DNA of 64,000 bases, taken from positions 620,001 to 684,000 of the forward strand of contig OZ237740.1 in NCBI GenBank assembly GCA_965178125.1, in the 5' to 3' direction. This DNA is from Bilabrum cf. latius (lineage: Eukaryota). Position numbers and translations under genes: made by a program. Under the pieces are notes generated by a model. It had not been told where the DNA came from. It ran no database searches and was given only the letters and a program-made list of their open reading frames with translations. Below are positions 22,772 to 36,501 of this stretch, piece after piece. Position 1 is the first letter of the stretch, and each line of letters opens with the position of its first letter.

Positions 22772-25347
22772 TCATGATGGGGAGACGCCTGGGATGGATC
22801 CAGTCAGCGGCACCCCCGCTGCGCCTGAACTCCCTTCTCTCCCGCTGCCAGGAACAGCCCTGGATCTAGTTGGCACCGGGATGGCCGAAGCAACTGCCCC
22901 GTTGCCTCTGCTCGCTCCCGCAGCGGCATCCCCAGCCCCCGCATGCTCCGACATGGGGATGTGGGTCTTGTCAGCAAACGCGAACGCCTGAAACTCAGCT
23001 GAGTCGTGAATTGTCGGCTCGCTCGGAGCACCGGCAGTCGCCGCAGCCGCAGACGAAGCCGCCCCTCCGGCGGTAGCGCTCGCACCGCCACTTGCTGCCG
23101 TGCTCGCCTGCCCAGACGGAGCACTTGCTCCTGCACCACCCCGAGTATCGTCCGACAGCTCGCTCGGCTCCGGAGGGGTCAGCGCGGCGGGCTCGCTGGT
23201 GAATGTGTCGTCAAAGTTGCTCACATCCGTCTCGCTGACAACCCGTGGCCGGATGGGTGCGACCACCTCGCACTTCTCGAGCTTGTCCCAGTCGATTCCA
23301 CGGAAGAAAGGGTGCTCCCGGATGGACGCGGCCCCCTCGCTGCCGAGTCTCCTGTCGGGATTCCTCTCTAGCAGGCCTCGGATGAGGCTCTTGGCGTCCT
23401 CGGACACTACCACGCTGGGGTCCCTCGGCTTGATCATCGCGCCGGGAGGCACTCCCTTGTCTCCGGGGAAGTACAGCCGCCCCCTCAAGATCTTCTCGCA
23501 CATCGTCCTCAGGTTCCGGTCATAGTAGGGTGGCCATCCGGTGAGCATCTCGTATGCCAAAGTGCCCAGGGACCACCAGTCCACTGCCTTGCCGTAGCCC
23601 TGCCTGGATCGGCGGTTGAGCAGCATCTCGGGCGCTAGGTACTCCGGTGTGCCGCAAAACTGCGAGTAAAATACACGAAAGGGGGTTGCAGGAACGGAAT
23701 GGAAAATAGCAGGCACAACAGGGAGGGAAAATCAGTGCAAGCTGGTCAGTTGCGAGTGGAAGTCGTTGACAGCATACCGGTGCAGCGCAATGCAGCGCAT
23801 CGTTCTCACTGTGGTTGCCCCCCTTGGGTTGTTCACCTCGTCCCTCGACAGCCCGAAGTCGGTCACAGCCACGTGCCCCTCGCTCGTCAGCAGGACATTC
23901 TCCGGCTTGAGGTCACGGTACACGACGTCGTTCCGGTGCAGGTGCTGGAGGGCGCAGACCAGCTCCGCCACGTAGAAACGCACCTCGGGTTCCTTAAGAA
24001 CCTTCCTTTTCTTCAGGTGGTAGAAGAGCTCCCCGCCCCCGCAGTAGTCGCACACCAAAAAGAGCTTGCTGGCGGTCTGGAAAGCGAACCGCAGGGAGAC
24101 GACAAAGGGGTGCTGCACGCCCCCCATGATCCGGCGCTCTGCCATGGTGTGGTCTACCTGCTTCCTCTTGATCACGTCAGATTTGCGGAGCACCTTCATG
24201 GCGTACACCTTACCCGTCCACACCAGCCTCACCATGAGCACCCTGCCAAACGAGCCGCGGCCCAGGAGCTTGAGGAGCTCGAAGTCGTTGATGCCGATGC
24301 CGCCGCTGTCGATGCGACGGAGGGCGTCGGCCTTAGTCTCTGTGGGGAAGGCGACCGCGGCGCCTGCGGAACCGGTTCCGCTGCCGCTCGCGGCCGTGCT
24401 CGGGCCGCTTGCAGCGGAACCTGCCCCGCCGGAACCATCGCGCGATGCGACGCTTGACGGCAGCCGGAGGCCAAGGGACCCTGCCACTGCCGCGGTTTCA
24501 TCGAAACTGCGACGCTCCCTGGGCAGAGGGTCGTCGGAGCGAGCACCAAAGTACCCGTCCCGGAGCCTCCTACCTCCCACCTGCGGGACGTCGCCGCCGG
24601 CACCAGCGCCGGCACCGTCACCAGCCGCTCCGAGCCCGTCCACCGCAGCCATTGCTGGCTCATCGGCTGCTACGGCGTCAGAGTATAGGTGCTGTGGAAT
24701 AGCGAGAAACGAGTTCAGCTCAACGGGTCTCGGCTGCAGCAGCAAGAGCTCCTGCAGGTACACTTCAAATTTCTGTCGCCGCTTCATGATTGTCTCTGTC
24801 TGCGATAAGCCGACGAGTAATCGGATGCGAAAGAGCACGATAGAATCGCCCCCAACCAACGTTCGGTGTACTAACGATCCACTCACCTAAAATACGGGGA
24901 AGAATGTCTTTTTTGGGAACCGAAACAGCCGCAGTTCAGAGTATCTCTCTTGGAGCATTCGGTTCAGAGAATAGAACTCTCGGTAGCGCCTTTCTATCAC
25001 CCAGGAACGACCATTATATGCAGTGACAACGATTGCGTACCTGGTATGCTTTCCAGACTGAGAGAGACGGAAGTGTGTATAGACAGTCCTGGCGAGCCTG
25101 AGCGTGCACCTGCCTTCCCAAGATCGCACCATTCTCTGCACATTGGTGGCATTCTACGATACGTGCTTACTTTTCTTTTGGTGTCATCGTAACGAGTCAC
25201 GCAGGAAGGGATCACGCAGGAAGCAATGTCAGACCCGGCCGAAGCTAAGGTTTGTGGTGCAACTGAACCGCCTGCTCCGGCGCCGCCAGCTGCCCCGTCC
25301 ATATCTGGTCGCTCACCGTTTCCTGCCGAACCTGTTCCAAACTCCAT
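22772..25347 (-). CDS. PX-domain AGC-family Ser/Thr kinase (SGK/Akt-like)
   Basis: PX motif IERRYREFYSL...FPKK. Kinase motifs LGRGSFG, YAMK, YRDLKPEN, DFG, FCGTPEYLAPE. Hydrophobic motif FQAFAF. Introns 25058..25170, 24800..24886 and 23660..23809. TAG 24887 is the last codon of exon 2. TGA 22772. Confidence 0.92.
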
Positions 25348-25603
25348 TCGTTAAGTTGAGGAATCGCAGGTGACGGACAAAATAGGCTGCGCAGCCTGAA
25401 AATTATTGGTAAAAGAGCACGTTACATCTTCTAGCTCACGCAGTGCACTGTGCACAGTGTACTGTACACTTGATGAGCAGCGGTATGTTGTATCGTATTC
25501 TATAACTCATAATATCGCCAAACCCGCACACGCTTGAAGAAAGTCCATCAGGCGGGCGGTATGTATCCGACGACCAGCTCCCGAGACCCAGAAGAGCTCG
25601 AGA

Positions 25604-28600
25604 TCAACCCGAGCCCAGCTGCTCGTCCGTGATCAGCGTGCGGATCCCAAGCTTCATGTCAGGAATCCCGTCTCGCACGGGGGCAGGCACCACCGCCAGT
25701 AGCTACCACGCCGCCGAGATGGGCGCGGCAAGCTTGCTGAAGTAGTCCCAGTACTGCCACAGCACTGACAGCGCCATCACCGCAAGGAAGGTGCCAATGG
25801 CAGCGTCATGCGTGTCCAGCCGCCGCTAGATCCTGACTTGCGACCCCTAATCGAGTGTTGCTGCCACGTGCGTGATGGCATCCCTCACCCAGGGAACAGC
25901 GAGCTGCTGTGCCTCCTCCACCGCCCTCCTCACCTCTGGCGCCCTCGAGAAGTTCGCGTTGTACCCCGGGACCAGGTCTGGCTGCGGTAGCTGGCTTCGG
26001 ATGGACCTGCCGTCCCTAATTAGCGTCTAAACCACGCGATAGATCCCGTTGTTCAGCGCGCCCCCGTCGATTGTCCTGCACTCATCGTGCATCGGCGTGC
26101 CCTCCTCGATCCATCGGCAGCCGTCGTCCAGGAACAGCTTGCCTTCCTCTGTCTCAAAGCTCAGGGGACCTAAAGTGAAACTCTCCCCCGCCACGTCATC
26201 CACCACGTACCCTCCCAGCACAACTAGATTCACGGCGTACTGCACGCCTTCCTCCACCTCGACCAGCTCCCGGGCCAGCTGCGCCCTGCTTGCGTTGGAC
26301 TGGCCCTCCACGAGCGCTGACATGACCCGGGAGTGCTCAAGCACGCGGAGGGACAGCCGCTCCGTGATGGACGTGCGCTCGAGGATGGTTAGTGTCACTG
26401 ACGTCAGCTGAGTCAGGCTGATCACGAGGTAGATGACCCACGCGAAGAGGCCCCCAATCGGCAGCAGCAGCCACACGAGCCCGTCTCTCGTGTAGGTCCA
26501 CTCGTCTCTGAACTCCCGAGGTTTTTTCCTCCTGATTCGCCTCACCGGCTTGTGAGGCTTGTCTTCAAATGTCATGGAGCCAGAGTCGGCCTTGCCCGGG
26601 TGGATCCTTCCCCTGCTGCCTTGCCTGCGCGTCCTTGCAGTGGTGGAGCTCCCTGTTGCTGGGTTGAGAATGCCGGCATCATCATCGTCCGAGTCATCTC
26701 TCCTAGCAACGAGACGGGCGCTGCTTGCGCCCGTCTCATCACTTTCCACGGACTTACCGCCATGCTCATCAATTGAGCGGGCGTTGGATCCGACCTTGGA
26801 TTCCCCTACAAGCTTATCGATGTCATGACCACTGTCAAACGTGTGCACGGCAGCGTCCGAGCCGCTCTCGACGCCTGACCCGTAGGCTGGTGAACTGTCC
26901 CGCTTCCTGCTCATGGTGCTTGCTTTGGCTCTCCTGTTTGCCTCCACCTGCATCTCCACCGCCACCATGCGCTCCATTGCTTCCTCACCCAGCTCAATCT
27001 TGTCGATGAGTGACCTGCTATTCTGCTGCTTCAATGGCCTCCTCTTCCTGGCAGCTACACCAAACCCGCGATCCCCGGACGCGCCGCCCTCGCTCTCTTC
27101 TTGGGCCATGTTTTCCTGCTGCATGTTCTGAATGGCAGACGCGGCGTACTCTTCTGCCATGACTGCATCCATCCCGTCCTCTTCTTCTTCCTCGCCTTCC
27201 ACCTCGGCGATCACGCGACTCAGCTTGCTCTGCGTCTAGGTTCGCAGTGCCTTCGCAACCTTGCGGGGTACCATAATGACTAAGTCGACCACGTGGATTG
27301 CTTTGTACCTCAGTGCATAGAGCTGTTGCGTGACCAGAATGGCCCCTCCCGCTACCACGAACACGAAGCAGCCCAGACCGACGAGCCCAATGAGCAACTC
27401 GGCCTGCTTGAAGCTCTCCTGGACGTCGTGCAAACGGATCGAGATGGTATAGTTCAATGCATCCTCATAGGCCACGTCATTGGCAAGAAGTAGGTCCATT
27501 TCCCGCAGCCCGAACGTGATGTTGGCCGGGTGAGCGATCTGCAAGGGGAAGAGCAGGGCGCCCAGGTACTCCCCCATCTCCAATAGTGACACGGTGAAAC
27601 GCTCCCCCTACAGCTGAGACTCCGCCACAGTGCTTTGAGGCCCGAGCAATTCCGAGCTATCCTGCAATCCATGCTCAGCAGGCTCAATGACCTCGTACAC
27701 CTTGGCGATAGCATGAACATTGCCATCGGTCTTGCCGAACTCGCTCTCGGCAGCGACGAGGGCCTGCTGTAGGTCGTGGAACTTGATTGCGTGGTCTACG
27801 AACTGCTCATGCAGCTCGAATATAGAGTCTTCGAAGTGACTAACGCCTCCATTGACTTCAGCGATGCGGCGGGCATCGAAAACCGCGCTCTAGAATGAGA
27901 CGGCTTGCTCCGCCTGCAGGAGCATGAGGTGCGCAATGTCAGCAAGGTTGTGGCCAAGCTGCCTCTGAACTACGATACCGGCAATGCCCAGCCCGACAAT
28001 GCAGCACAACGTAAAGTACCACGCCACCTTCAGGAAAGAGACGGCCTCCTTGCCTGCATGCGAGTGCTGCATCACTGCTCGGCTCAGCTGGCCCGACATC
28101 CACGAGCTGCCGGAACCTATGCTGCTTGCTCCTCCGCCGCCACCACCGCCACTCATGCCGGCAGCGCCACCAATGAAACTGCCGCGGCGGTTCGTAAATC
28201 GCTGCGCTGCGCTCGATTTTCTTGCAAGCCCAGCCATGACGTTGGCGGGCGCGCCTCCAATGCCAGACTGCTCGGCGCCCACCGGCTCGTCCGAAGCGAT
28301 GGAATTCCCGCTGGATGGCACTGCAGGAGATGCATCAATTAGTCGGATCGGCGGCTGTGACACTGACACCTGCGGTCCGTCGAAAGACACCCGCCGACTA
28401 CCGCTCTTGAAGGGCATGTTGGATCTCGAGCGGAAAGAGGATGAGAGAGCCGGTGTAGTCGTGCCTTCAGCCACCGAGCCAGCGTCTCTTCGCGGAGTGT
28501 CGGCTTCGTCCGAGTTGTGCGAACCAGCCGCGTTTCTCCTGCTATTGCTCATAGGGCCAGGGGCAGCAGCTGCAGTGGCATGGGCAGCAGACACTGACTA

Positions 28601-31600
28601 CAGCATCTTGGTGACTCTCTTGTGCACCTGCAAGAAGGAGCGAGACCCGGGGTCCTGCACGCACTGCTTGACGGCGGCCTTGAGACGCTTCTCAAGCGAA
28701 GTGCGCATTGCCCGCGTCTCTTGTATACGAGGAGTCCTCCACCGTAGCATGTAAGCCTTGCCTGCCACAATACTCCCGGTCCAGTCCGACAGGTCCTGCA
28801 CCGACCCAAGTGCAATGCTCGTGGAGTCACTGGAGCCTACGATTGGTATGATCCCCGTCTTCTTCAAGGAATGCAGCTTATTTATCTTGAGGCTCCGAAG
28901 CGCTTCTTGGATCCTCTGGAGCGATCGCTTGCGCCAGCGCTGGACGCTGCGACCAAGGCCTGCCTGAAGCCGGGACGAGCTGGACCTCGCACTCCCTGGC
29001 CTCCTAGCTCTCTTGTTTTCCTTCCCGCTGCCAGTGTCCTCGTCGCTTTGCAGCTGCTGCAGGATGTCATCGTCGATCGACGCAACGGAAGCGCCTGGTG
29101 CTTGCCCGCTGGCTGCTTCTTGAACTGACTGCTGGGCGGCCATAGGCGAAAGGAGTCCCCCGTCAATGTCGTCCGCGGCCGAATCGCCAGCAGCTGCATC
29201 GCCGCTGTCATCGCGTCCATCGTCATCCACGAGCACGTTCTTCATCGAAGCCGCAATGGACTGATGTCGCATGGCAGACGAAAGCGCAGTCGGTTCCGAC
29301 GATTCCACTCCGTCACCCATGTCGCGGATCTTCTCGATGTGCGCCCGCACAATCTGAGACATACGCCTCGGGCGGCTCGTGCCCTTGCCTGCCCTTGGAC
29401 TGCCTGCAGTTGCACGAGCCCCTCCAAAGGCTTCGTGCACGGACATGGGCGGGGCAGAGGCCTCCATCTCATCGTCGCTGTCCGCTTCTGCGATCTGCAT
29501 GGCAGCTTCCTGTAGCTGCTAGCCGGCGCCGTCAACCAGGGCAATGAGCATGAGCCTTCTGATCTCATGGGCGATCCCATCCACCAGCTCGGTTTGCGAC
29601 CCGTGAGCATGCGAGACTATCGTTTTGGCTTCATGGTCTGGTTTCACAGGCACGACTGCGTCCAGGAGCTGCTTCAGAGCATCCACTGTGGCGCTGCCGG
29701 CGCCTTCAGCCCTTGATGTTGCCGACGCTGACCCACTTTGCCGGCTCGGGCCTTCGAACAGAAAGCTGCCGTCATCTTGTTGGTCCCCAAAGCTGCTGCT
29801 GCTGCTAGACGACTCGAACAAGCCAAGCACGGCCCGAGCACAATGCATAGCCAGCGAATCTTTCAGGGTGGAACTAGCCCTTGCGAGATCTGTACCGCCA
29901 ACCAAGGCAGACGGCATCCATCGCGAGATGGCAGTTGGTTCTTTCTCCAATGTCTGTGCCTCCATGCCGATCATCGACAGGGAGCGCTGGGATGCGCAGA
30001 GTATCCTGTGCTTCTGCCTCGAACCCATGAACACAATGATGTTGTCCTGGCTTGCAAGGGGGTCGAAGGCAAGCTGCAGCCGAGGCCGGGACGTGTCTTC
30101 GTCCGGCGTAGCTTCTTGCAGCGACAGCACACACGGCTGCACTGCACCGTTACCACCTTGCACGAGAGCGACCTCTGCAAAGCCAAGGAAAGGTCCAAAG
30201 CCCCGCTGCACGATGCCCTCCATGCGTGCCCTCCAGACGTCGCGCACAGGCTCCGGTAGAATCTGGCAAGCATTCATACCGACCAGCTGGGACGTGGATG
30301 TGTGTCCAAGGGTGGTGCAGGCAGTTGATGTGGCACTAAGAATTTCGAGTGCATTCCCACCACCCCCTGCGATGGTCAGCACTGCGGCCGTGTCGTCGAG
30401 GCTGTCGATGGTCTGCGCCGGCGTGCCGATCTCAAGGTGTCGCATCTGTCGCCTGCGCTGGCGAGCTGACCTCTCCTCGATCCTATCTGCCTTGTTTAGC
30501 AACCTGCAAAAGAAATGGTAGGGATGGACCGACATTGTATAGCATGTGGGCGCATGAACAATTCCTTAGCGGGAGTCGGTGCATATTGATGCGATGCAGT
30601 GGCACTCACTCGATGGCTTGCTGCGGCTGGTTCTTCATCTCCGCGCGGAACTCGGCATACATTCGCAAGACCGGTACACTATCCGGATTCAGCTGCATCA
30701 TCTCGTGGAAGAGAGAATCGCTGCGATCAAGAATGCGCTGCATCTCCTGTCCCACGCGGAGGACCTGGCCCACCTCGGGCTGGCGCTGCTGCATGGCCTC
30801 CCACAGCTTGAAGATGGCGCGGTAGCTGCCCACCTTGAGCTGCTGGGCTTGCTTCCAGAAGCCCTCGAACACCACCCGGTCTACAGCTGAGAGACCTGTA
30901 GACTCGCCGTCTCGCAGGTTCCTGGTGCGCAAGTACACGTAGAACGTCGAATCGAAGGCAGAGCCGCGTGCTCGCGTCTCAGCCAGTGCCTGGCTCTCCG
31001 CCATCATGCCGGGAAGATGGTCACGAGCAAACACACTGAACAGCATGTGCGCCTCTGGGCTCTGACCAAACCGCCGCTGGCCAAAACGATACGCCCTCTC
31101 GGCTTGCGCCAGCAGCGCAAGGTCGGATCGCTTCCAACGATGAGCATCGCTGGAACCACCACCTCCCCCGCCTGACAGGTGCCTCCTCCCAGCCTTCTCC
31201 TGCTGGCCCTGCAGCATCTTGCGGCGTCTGGTCTTGCCAAGGCCCTGAGCCACAAGAAGGGAGCCGTAGAACGTGTCGGGGCCGGCTCCGTCTGTCTGTG
31301 AGAGCACAGCCGCTGCCTCGGCCAAGGCTGCATGCGCTGCTGTCGCAATGCTGCCAGCAACTCGCAGCGCAGTTCCATAGAGTGCTGCCCCTGCACCGCC
31401 AGCACCCACCGTAATTCCAGTGATATCATCGGTCCGCGTTCGTACGACCTGCTTGTCGCTGGTCCCCCTGCCCTTGCTGCCTCGCTTGCCCGCTGCCCTT
31501 GACCTGCTTGACCTGCCAGCGGCTCTGTCGGGCTTGCGGCGGCGGGCCTTGCTACCCGTGTCGGACCCTTCGCCTTGACCCGCCGCGCCCGCCCCGGAGC

Positions 31601-33148
31601 GATCAAGACTGATAGCTGCGTGCGTTGATTGCGTCACGTTTTCCTCGTCCGAGTCGTCGCCCGAATCGCTCGAGTCACGCGAGGAGCCCGCTTTGGCCTG
31701 GACCATGAACGCGGTGGCGGCACCGCCTTCTATGCCATTGGGCGGCATATCCAGCTCACCAATACCCTGCAGTTTGGCGCAGATGCCAACAGGCGGCTTG
31801 GTGGTACTTCCCTGATGGCTCCCATCGGCCCCAACCCCTTCGCTCCTCCTCCTAGTCGCGAATGCCTGCACCCGATGCCTTGCCCACACGTGCACCTCCA
31901 CCATGCTGTTGCATGAAGAGAGCGGCTGGGAGGCCACGAAGGACTCGCGGAGGTAGGTTGCGGTGCTGCCGAGGAACACAGCCATGGGCACGCCGAGGAG
32001 CACGAGAAGTGACGTGTCCTCACCGCCCAGTGCCTCTGAGAGCATGAGGCAGATGGCAGCCATGAGAAATCCGCTGGCATAGCCCCCTTGCAGGGCGTTC
32101 ATGTGGGGGTACGTGTACGGCAGGTTGTTCCATATGAGGTAAAGCCACAGCAGGCCGCTGCCCACGAGTAGCACGTGCACGAGCCACGACTGGAGGAGAG
32201 CTTCCCTCGCGACAGTGTAGCCCAGCACGAGCACGATCTTGACGGCGAGCAGCACCACGTCGATTCGGCCATCGGTGCGGGCGCTCCAAGACCCACTAGA
32301 GGGTGCCCTGTCCACGTACACGGACGCGAGGAAGAGTGCCAATCCTGCAAACAGGGCGAGCATGAGGGCCAGGAGACACCGAAGCACCACGGGGAGCGGG
32401 TCACCGCACTCCATCCCAGTGTTGAGCCAGCCACCGCCAGACGTCGCGGGGCACCCGATCGCTCGTGCCAGGACAGTTGTAAGAGGCAGGAAGGCAACCG
32501 TAGTTGAGGTTGAAGCCGTCCCGCTGAGCAGACGGAGCACGATGGGGCTCTGCACGCCGCCAGTCACGAACGCGGATGCAGTGTACACCGATGACGAGAC
32601 AAAGATCATGACCCATACGCTTGCTAATGCAAGCAGTGTCACATACAGCCATTCGAGCGAAGGATTTCCCCATACTTCGCCTGATATTACGTCCAACACC
32701 CGGGCGGTCCCATCAAGCCTTCCGCCACGCCACGGGAAGAATTCCGCCGAATTGATCGCGAAATTCAACATCTGCGAAGAGGAGGGCAAGAGTAACATTA
32801 ATGCGAAACTATGTTTGTATACGAGCATAGCCAAGTTAGAGAAATTCCGCCTTGTAGGGTGCTGCACCCCTGGTGCTACAATACTCAGTTGGAGTGGATG
32901 CATCCTCGCTAAAATGGTTCCGCTTCGATCCTACGCGAAAGAAAACGCCTCACCTAGAAAAAGTCTATTGTTTGCAATACTACCAGGGAAGTTGTCTCCT
33001 TCGCCTGCTGCTTTGACAAGACGAATGCCAGGCCGAAGACGGCCTGGGAGAGCAGTTGAAACCAACTTCCGGACGAGCCACCCGGGCCATCTGCGCCTGA
33101 GACTGCAATCTGGGACAGCGATGTTGTGCCTCTGGAGAAAACGGACAT
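25604..33148 (-). CDS. Very large polytopic membrane protein with PAS-like domain (tiny macrocysts TmcB/TmcC-like)
   Basis: Exon 1 (…FGLAFVLSK…IDFF*) splices via 32772..32953 to MLNFA…FPW. N-terminal TM bundle, TPR-like NPDSVPVLRMYAEF, intron 30504..30609, PAS-like LVGMNACQILPEP, further TM pairs. Joined by TAG at 32954, 29519, 28598, 27890, 27236, 26027 and others. TGA 25604. Confidence 0.75.
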
Positions 33149-33724
33149 ATATACTCCCTTTTGACTGGTGCACTGCCCTTATCCCGAACAGCTTCAGTTA
33201 GAGGTGGAATTCGTTCTTATGGCTGAGTTCGGAGCGTGAGCGACTCTTCCCCCGCCTCGACTCAATAAATCGAAAGTGTGCCTATGTTAGATGACTAACT
33301 TCTGCCTAGGTACAGCTTATTCGCGAGAGATAGTGTGCCAAGCAGTTGGCGTCAGCGTTTTGATGGCGGTGACATCTCGCAAGCGCACCGTTGGTCGCAA
33401 GGCACAGAGGATGAGTTGCGCAGCCTACTTCGATATCAATTCATCATAATGGCAGCATGAAAGGGTGCGGCACACATTAAGATCCAAGTCCATCAAAATG
33501 TCATGGACTCATCTGCTTGGTCGCGGGTTCAGACAACGAAGGAGCTCACTCGCAAAAAAAGTCTGTGTTATTCTACCATTAGTAGGGTGTTAATAACAAG
33601 TGCAATGCATGGTACGTGATGATGATGAGCAGCGTTTCATGCACGACTACCTTGTTTGACAAGACCAATTGTGTACTGTATCTCAATAGTTGGAAGATAG
33701 TCTATTGATTCATTGCATTTGTAG

Positions 33725-36382
33725 ATGAGACCCTGCGCGTAGCACCAAGAAAGTATTGAATTGGCGCAATGTGGGCATTCCTACGATCACGGGCCACCGA
33801 ATGAAGTCGCTTTGGGTCGCACAACCATCAAGACATGTAAGCTACCTAGTATTTATGAGCATGGGCGAGCGCATGGGAACGAAACGCTTGGATTGCGACA
33901 CGTGGCAAGGTCGCCTGTTTCATTGAAGGAACTTCGAGCCGCCATCCCGAGCGACATGCTAGATCCGACAACATGGCCAAGGATGGTATTGGAAGCAAGG
34001 GAATGTCCACTCAAAGCGCGTTTATCGGCGTCTGTCAAGGAGATGTGTCGCGATGCATCGCGTGCAACTGCTCTGGTGCAACTAGTTGCAGCATACAAGC
34101 TACCATCCCCACCTCAAAAAAAATTGGTTTTATCTGCTGGAATTGATAGAACTATGGCGTCAAGCCATACAGGTGGGCAGCGTGGGCCGCATCTAGTATC
34201 GCTCCATGCGTAGCACTGCATGGCTCGTTCTGGAGCAATTGAGCAATCTCACCTGCAGTCCATGGATGACATGCCACGGGATTGGATCGTCTCAAATGCT
34301 GCGTGCTTCCCGAAGGCTGCATTGTCGGCCCAGTTGCGCCTGTACGGCCAAGAAGCAGGGCAAGAGGGAGAAGCAGCCCGCCAGGAGCACTGGGTGGTGG
34401 CGTGTGCAACGTGGCGGATCAATCTTCCAGCGACAGAGTCCGGGGCATCGTTCAGACTCATCATTCCGGCCGCTCCCAAAGAGCTCCGCACGATTCTTTG
34501 CTGGGATTCATCCTCGGCTGATCGCGCCTCTGGCTGTGCCGCAACGCGCCGAGTGGGATCGGCGGAGGAGGACAGGATGGCATCAGCTGCTGCAAGTGGT
34601 AGCCCGCACTGGTTCCGTGTACTCGTCCCCGGGTCACTTGCACCGTACACCCGCCGAGCACTGTGCCTCACTCACGACTTGCGCGAAGTTCAGCGTGACC
34701 GACAGAGTGCCGAGGGCGGCGGCAGTGGTCTGCAACAGGCAGTACTGGGTGGTGACAACAGCTGCGAGTACACTGCCTTTGGGCCACCGCGCTGCGAAGA
34801 CTCGCACGAGACACTAGAGTCTGGAGACAGCGCACTCAATTGCAAACTTCCAGGGAGGCAACTAGACGCTGCAACGAGCTCAGAACTAGACATTGCGTTG
34901 AGCTCAGGATCTCCACCGAGCGACGCAACCCACCCGTTCAGTGCCATAGCGCTGGCCATGTCGATCCCCGAAGAGTGCATCCCAGCTTGTACCGATGTTA
35001 TGCGACCACCATCATTACCTGAGTTGGTTGATGACTTGCCCAAAGGTGCTTGTAAGCATGCATGTGCTGCTGACTCTGGCGCTGGTGATTCAGCGGGTGC
35101 ATCTGTGTAGACCAACCGCACACAGTAGGCAGCAATGTCGACGGGACGTAGGTCGGAAAGCAGCGGTAGCAGCGAGACCGAGGAGGAAAGCAAGGCGGCC
35201 GATGACGGCGATAGCCCACGGCCGGTAGGAATTTCCCCTGAGCCGCAGCTGCCAAGCATCAGAGCGAGTGGCGCAGCATCTGCGAACAGTATTGCTGCCA
35301 TCGTAAACAGCAGTACAGAGCTGCCCGCGGCTTCATCTGCAGCAGAACTAGGCCAAGCGGCCCCAAGTCAAATCCATCGGATCCCGCGTCACATCGCAGT
35401 TGTCATGGACGGCAACGGTCGCTGGGCCCAGCGCCGTGGACAGCCCAGGAGTGATGGCCACAGGGCCGGCGTGGAGGCGATCCTGAGGACAGTGCGGGCC
35501 GCACGGGAGCTGGGCATCGAGGTGCTGACGCTGTACGCCTTCTCTGCGCAGAACTGGGACAGGCCCGACCACGAGGTGCGGTGCCTCATGGCTCTTCTCG
35601 TCGAGTTCCTCAAGGGCCAGTGCTGGGAGCTCGTCCGGAACGGGGTCAAGCTCCTCGTCATGGGAGACGTAGCTAGGCTCCCGACCACCGCCCAGATGCT
35701 TCTGCGGCAGGTGCTTGACGCCAGCAAGTCCAACACCGCGATCACGCTATGCCTCGCGCTCAGCTACGGGGGCAGGGAGGAAATCGCACTGGCTGCGTCT
35801 GCTGCCTGCCGCGCTTGCGAGAACGGGCTGCTGTCTTCCTCCGATGTGGGTGTCGACACGGTGCAGGGCTTCCTGCATCAGCCCAACGTGCCTGATCCTG
35901 ACCTCTTGATCCGAACAGGCGGTGAGCAGCGGCTCAGCAATTTCTTGCTGTGGCAGTGCGCCTATTCGGAGCTGCTCTTTGTGGATGTGGCGTGGCCGGA
36001 CTTCGGAGCCAAGGACCTCGGGAATGCGTGCAGGTCCTTTTCAGAGAGGAAGAGGAGGTTTGGCAAGACGTAGGAGCAGATGGATGCATTGAAGCTCTCG
36101 AATGCACGTGGTGACTCTGAGGGTGCAGCTGGTGCTGAGCAGGCAGGCGCCAAGGCAACCGTAGCTAGCGCGCCAGGTTCTGCAGGGCGCAGTGGTGCGC
36201 CTCTCCAGCAGCCAATGGTCAATACATCAGAGGTCAGAGCGGCAAGTGGCAGCCGGCTGGGATGTTGTGATGGCAGCTGGTGCGACTGCTCATGGGTGTG
36301 GGCCGGGGCCGTGCAACTCGCTGGCCTGGCGGGCGGTCTGCTCCTTCCTAGCCGTAATTGTGACAAGCCCCATGCTGACTGA
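33725..36382 (+). CDS. cis-prenyltransferase (UPPS-like) with long N-terminal extension and C-terminal hydrophobic segment; 5' end uncertain
   Basis: IPRHIAVVMDGNGRWA, GHRAG, TLYAFSAQNWDRP, ALSYGGREEI, PDLLIRTGGEQRLSNFLLWQ, RRFG. ORFs 33761..34213, 34220..35110, 35135..36073 and 36080..36382 are one frame separated only by TAG. TGA 36380. Confidence 0.85.
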
Positions 36383-36501
36383 AGTCGTTGCCTCTCCCAG
36401 AGGTACTGTGATTCCACAAAAAAATAAAACTACAACATTCGCGACTGCGCTCGTCACCGCAATTCTTTTCTGTCGAATATTGATACCGCAGTTCTCGGCG
36501 T

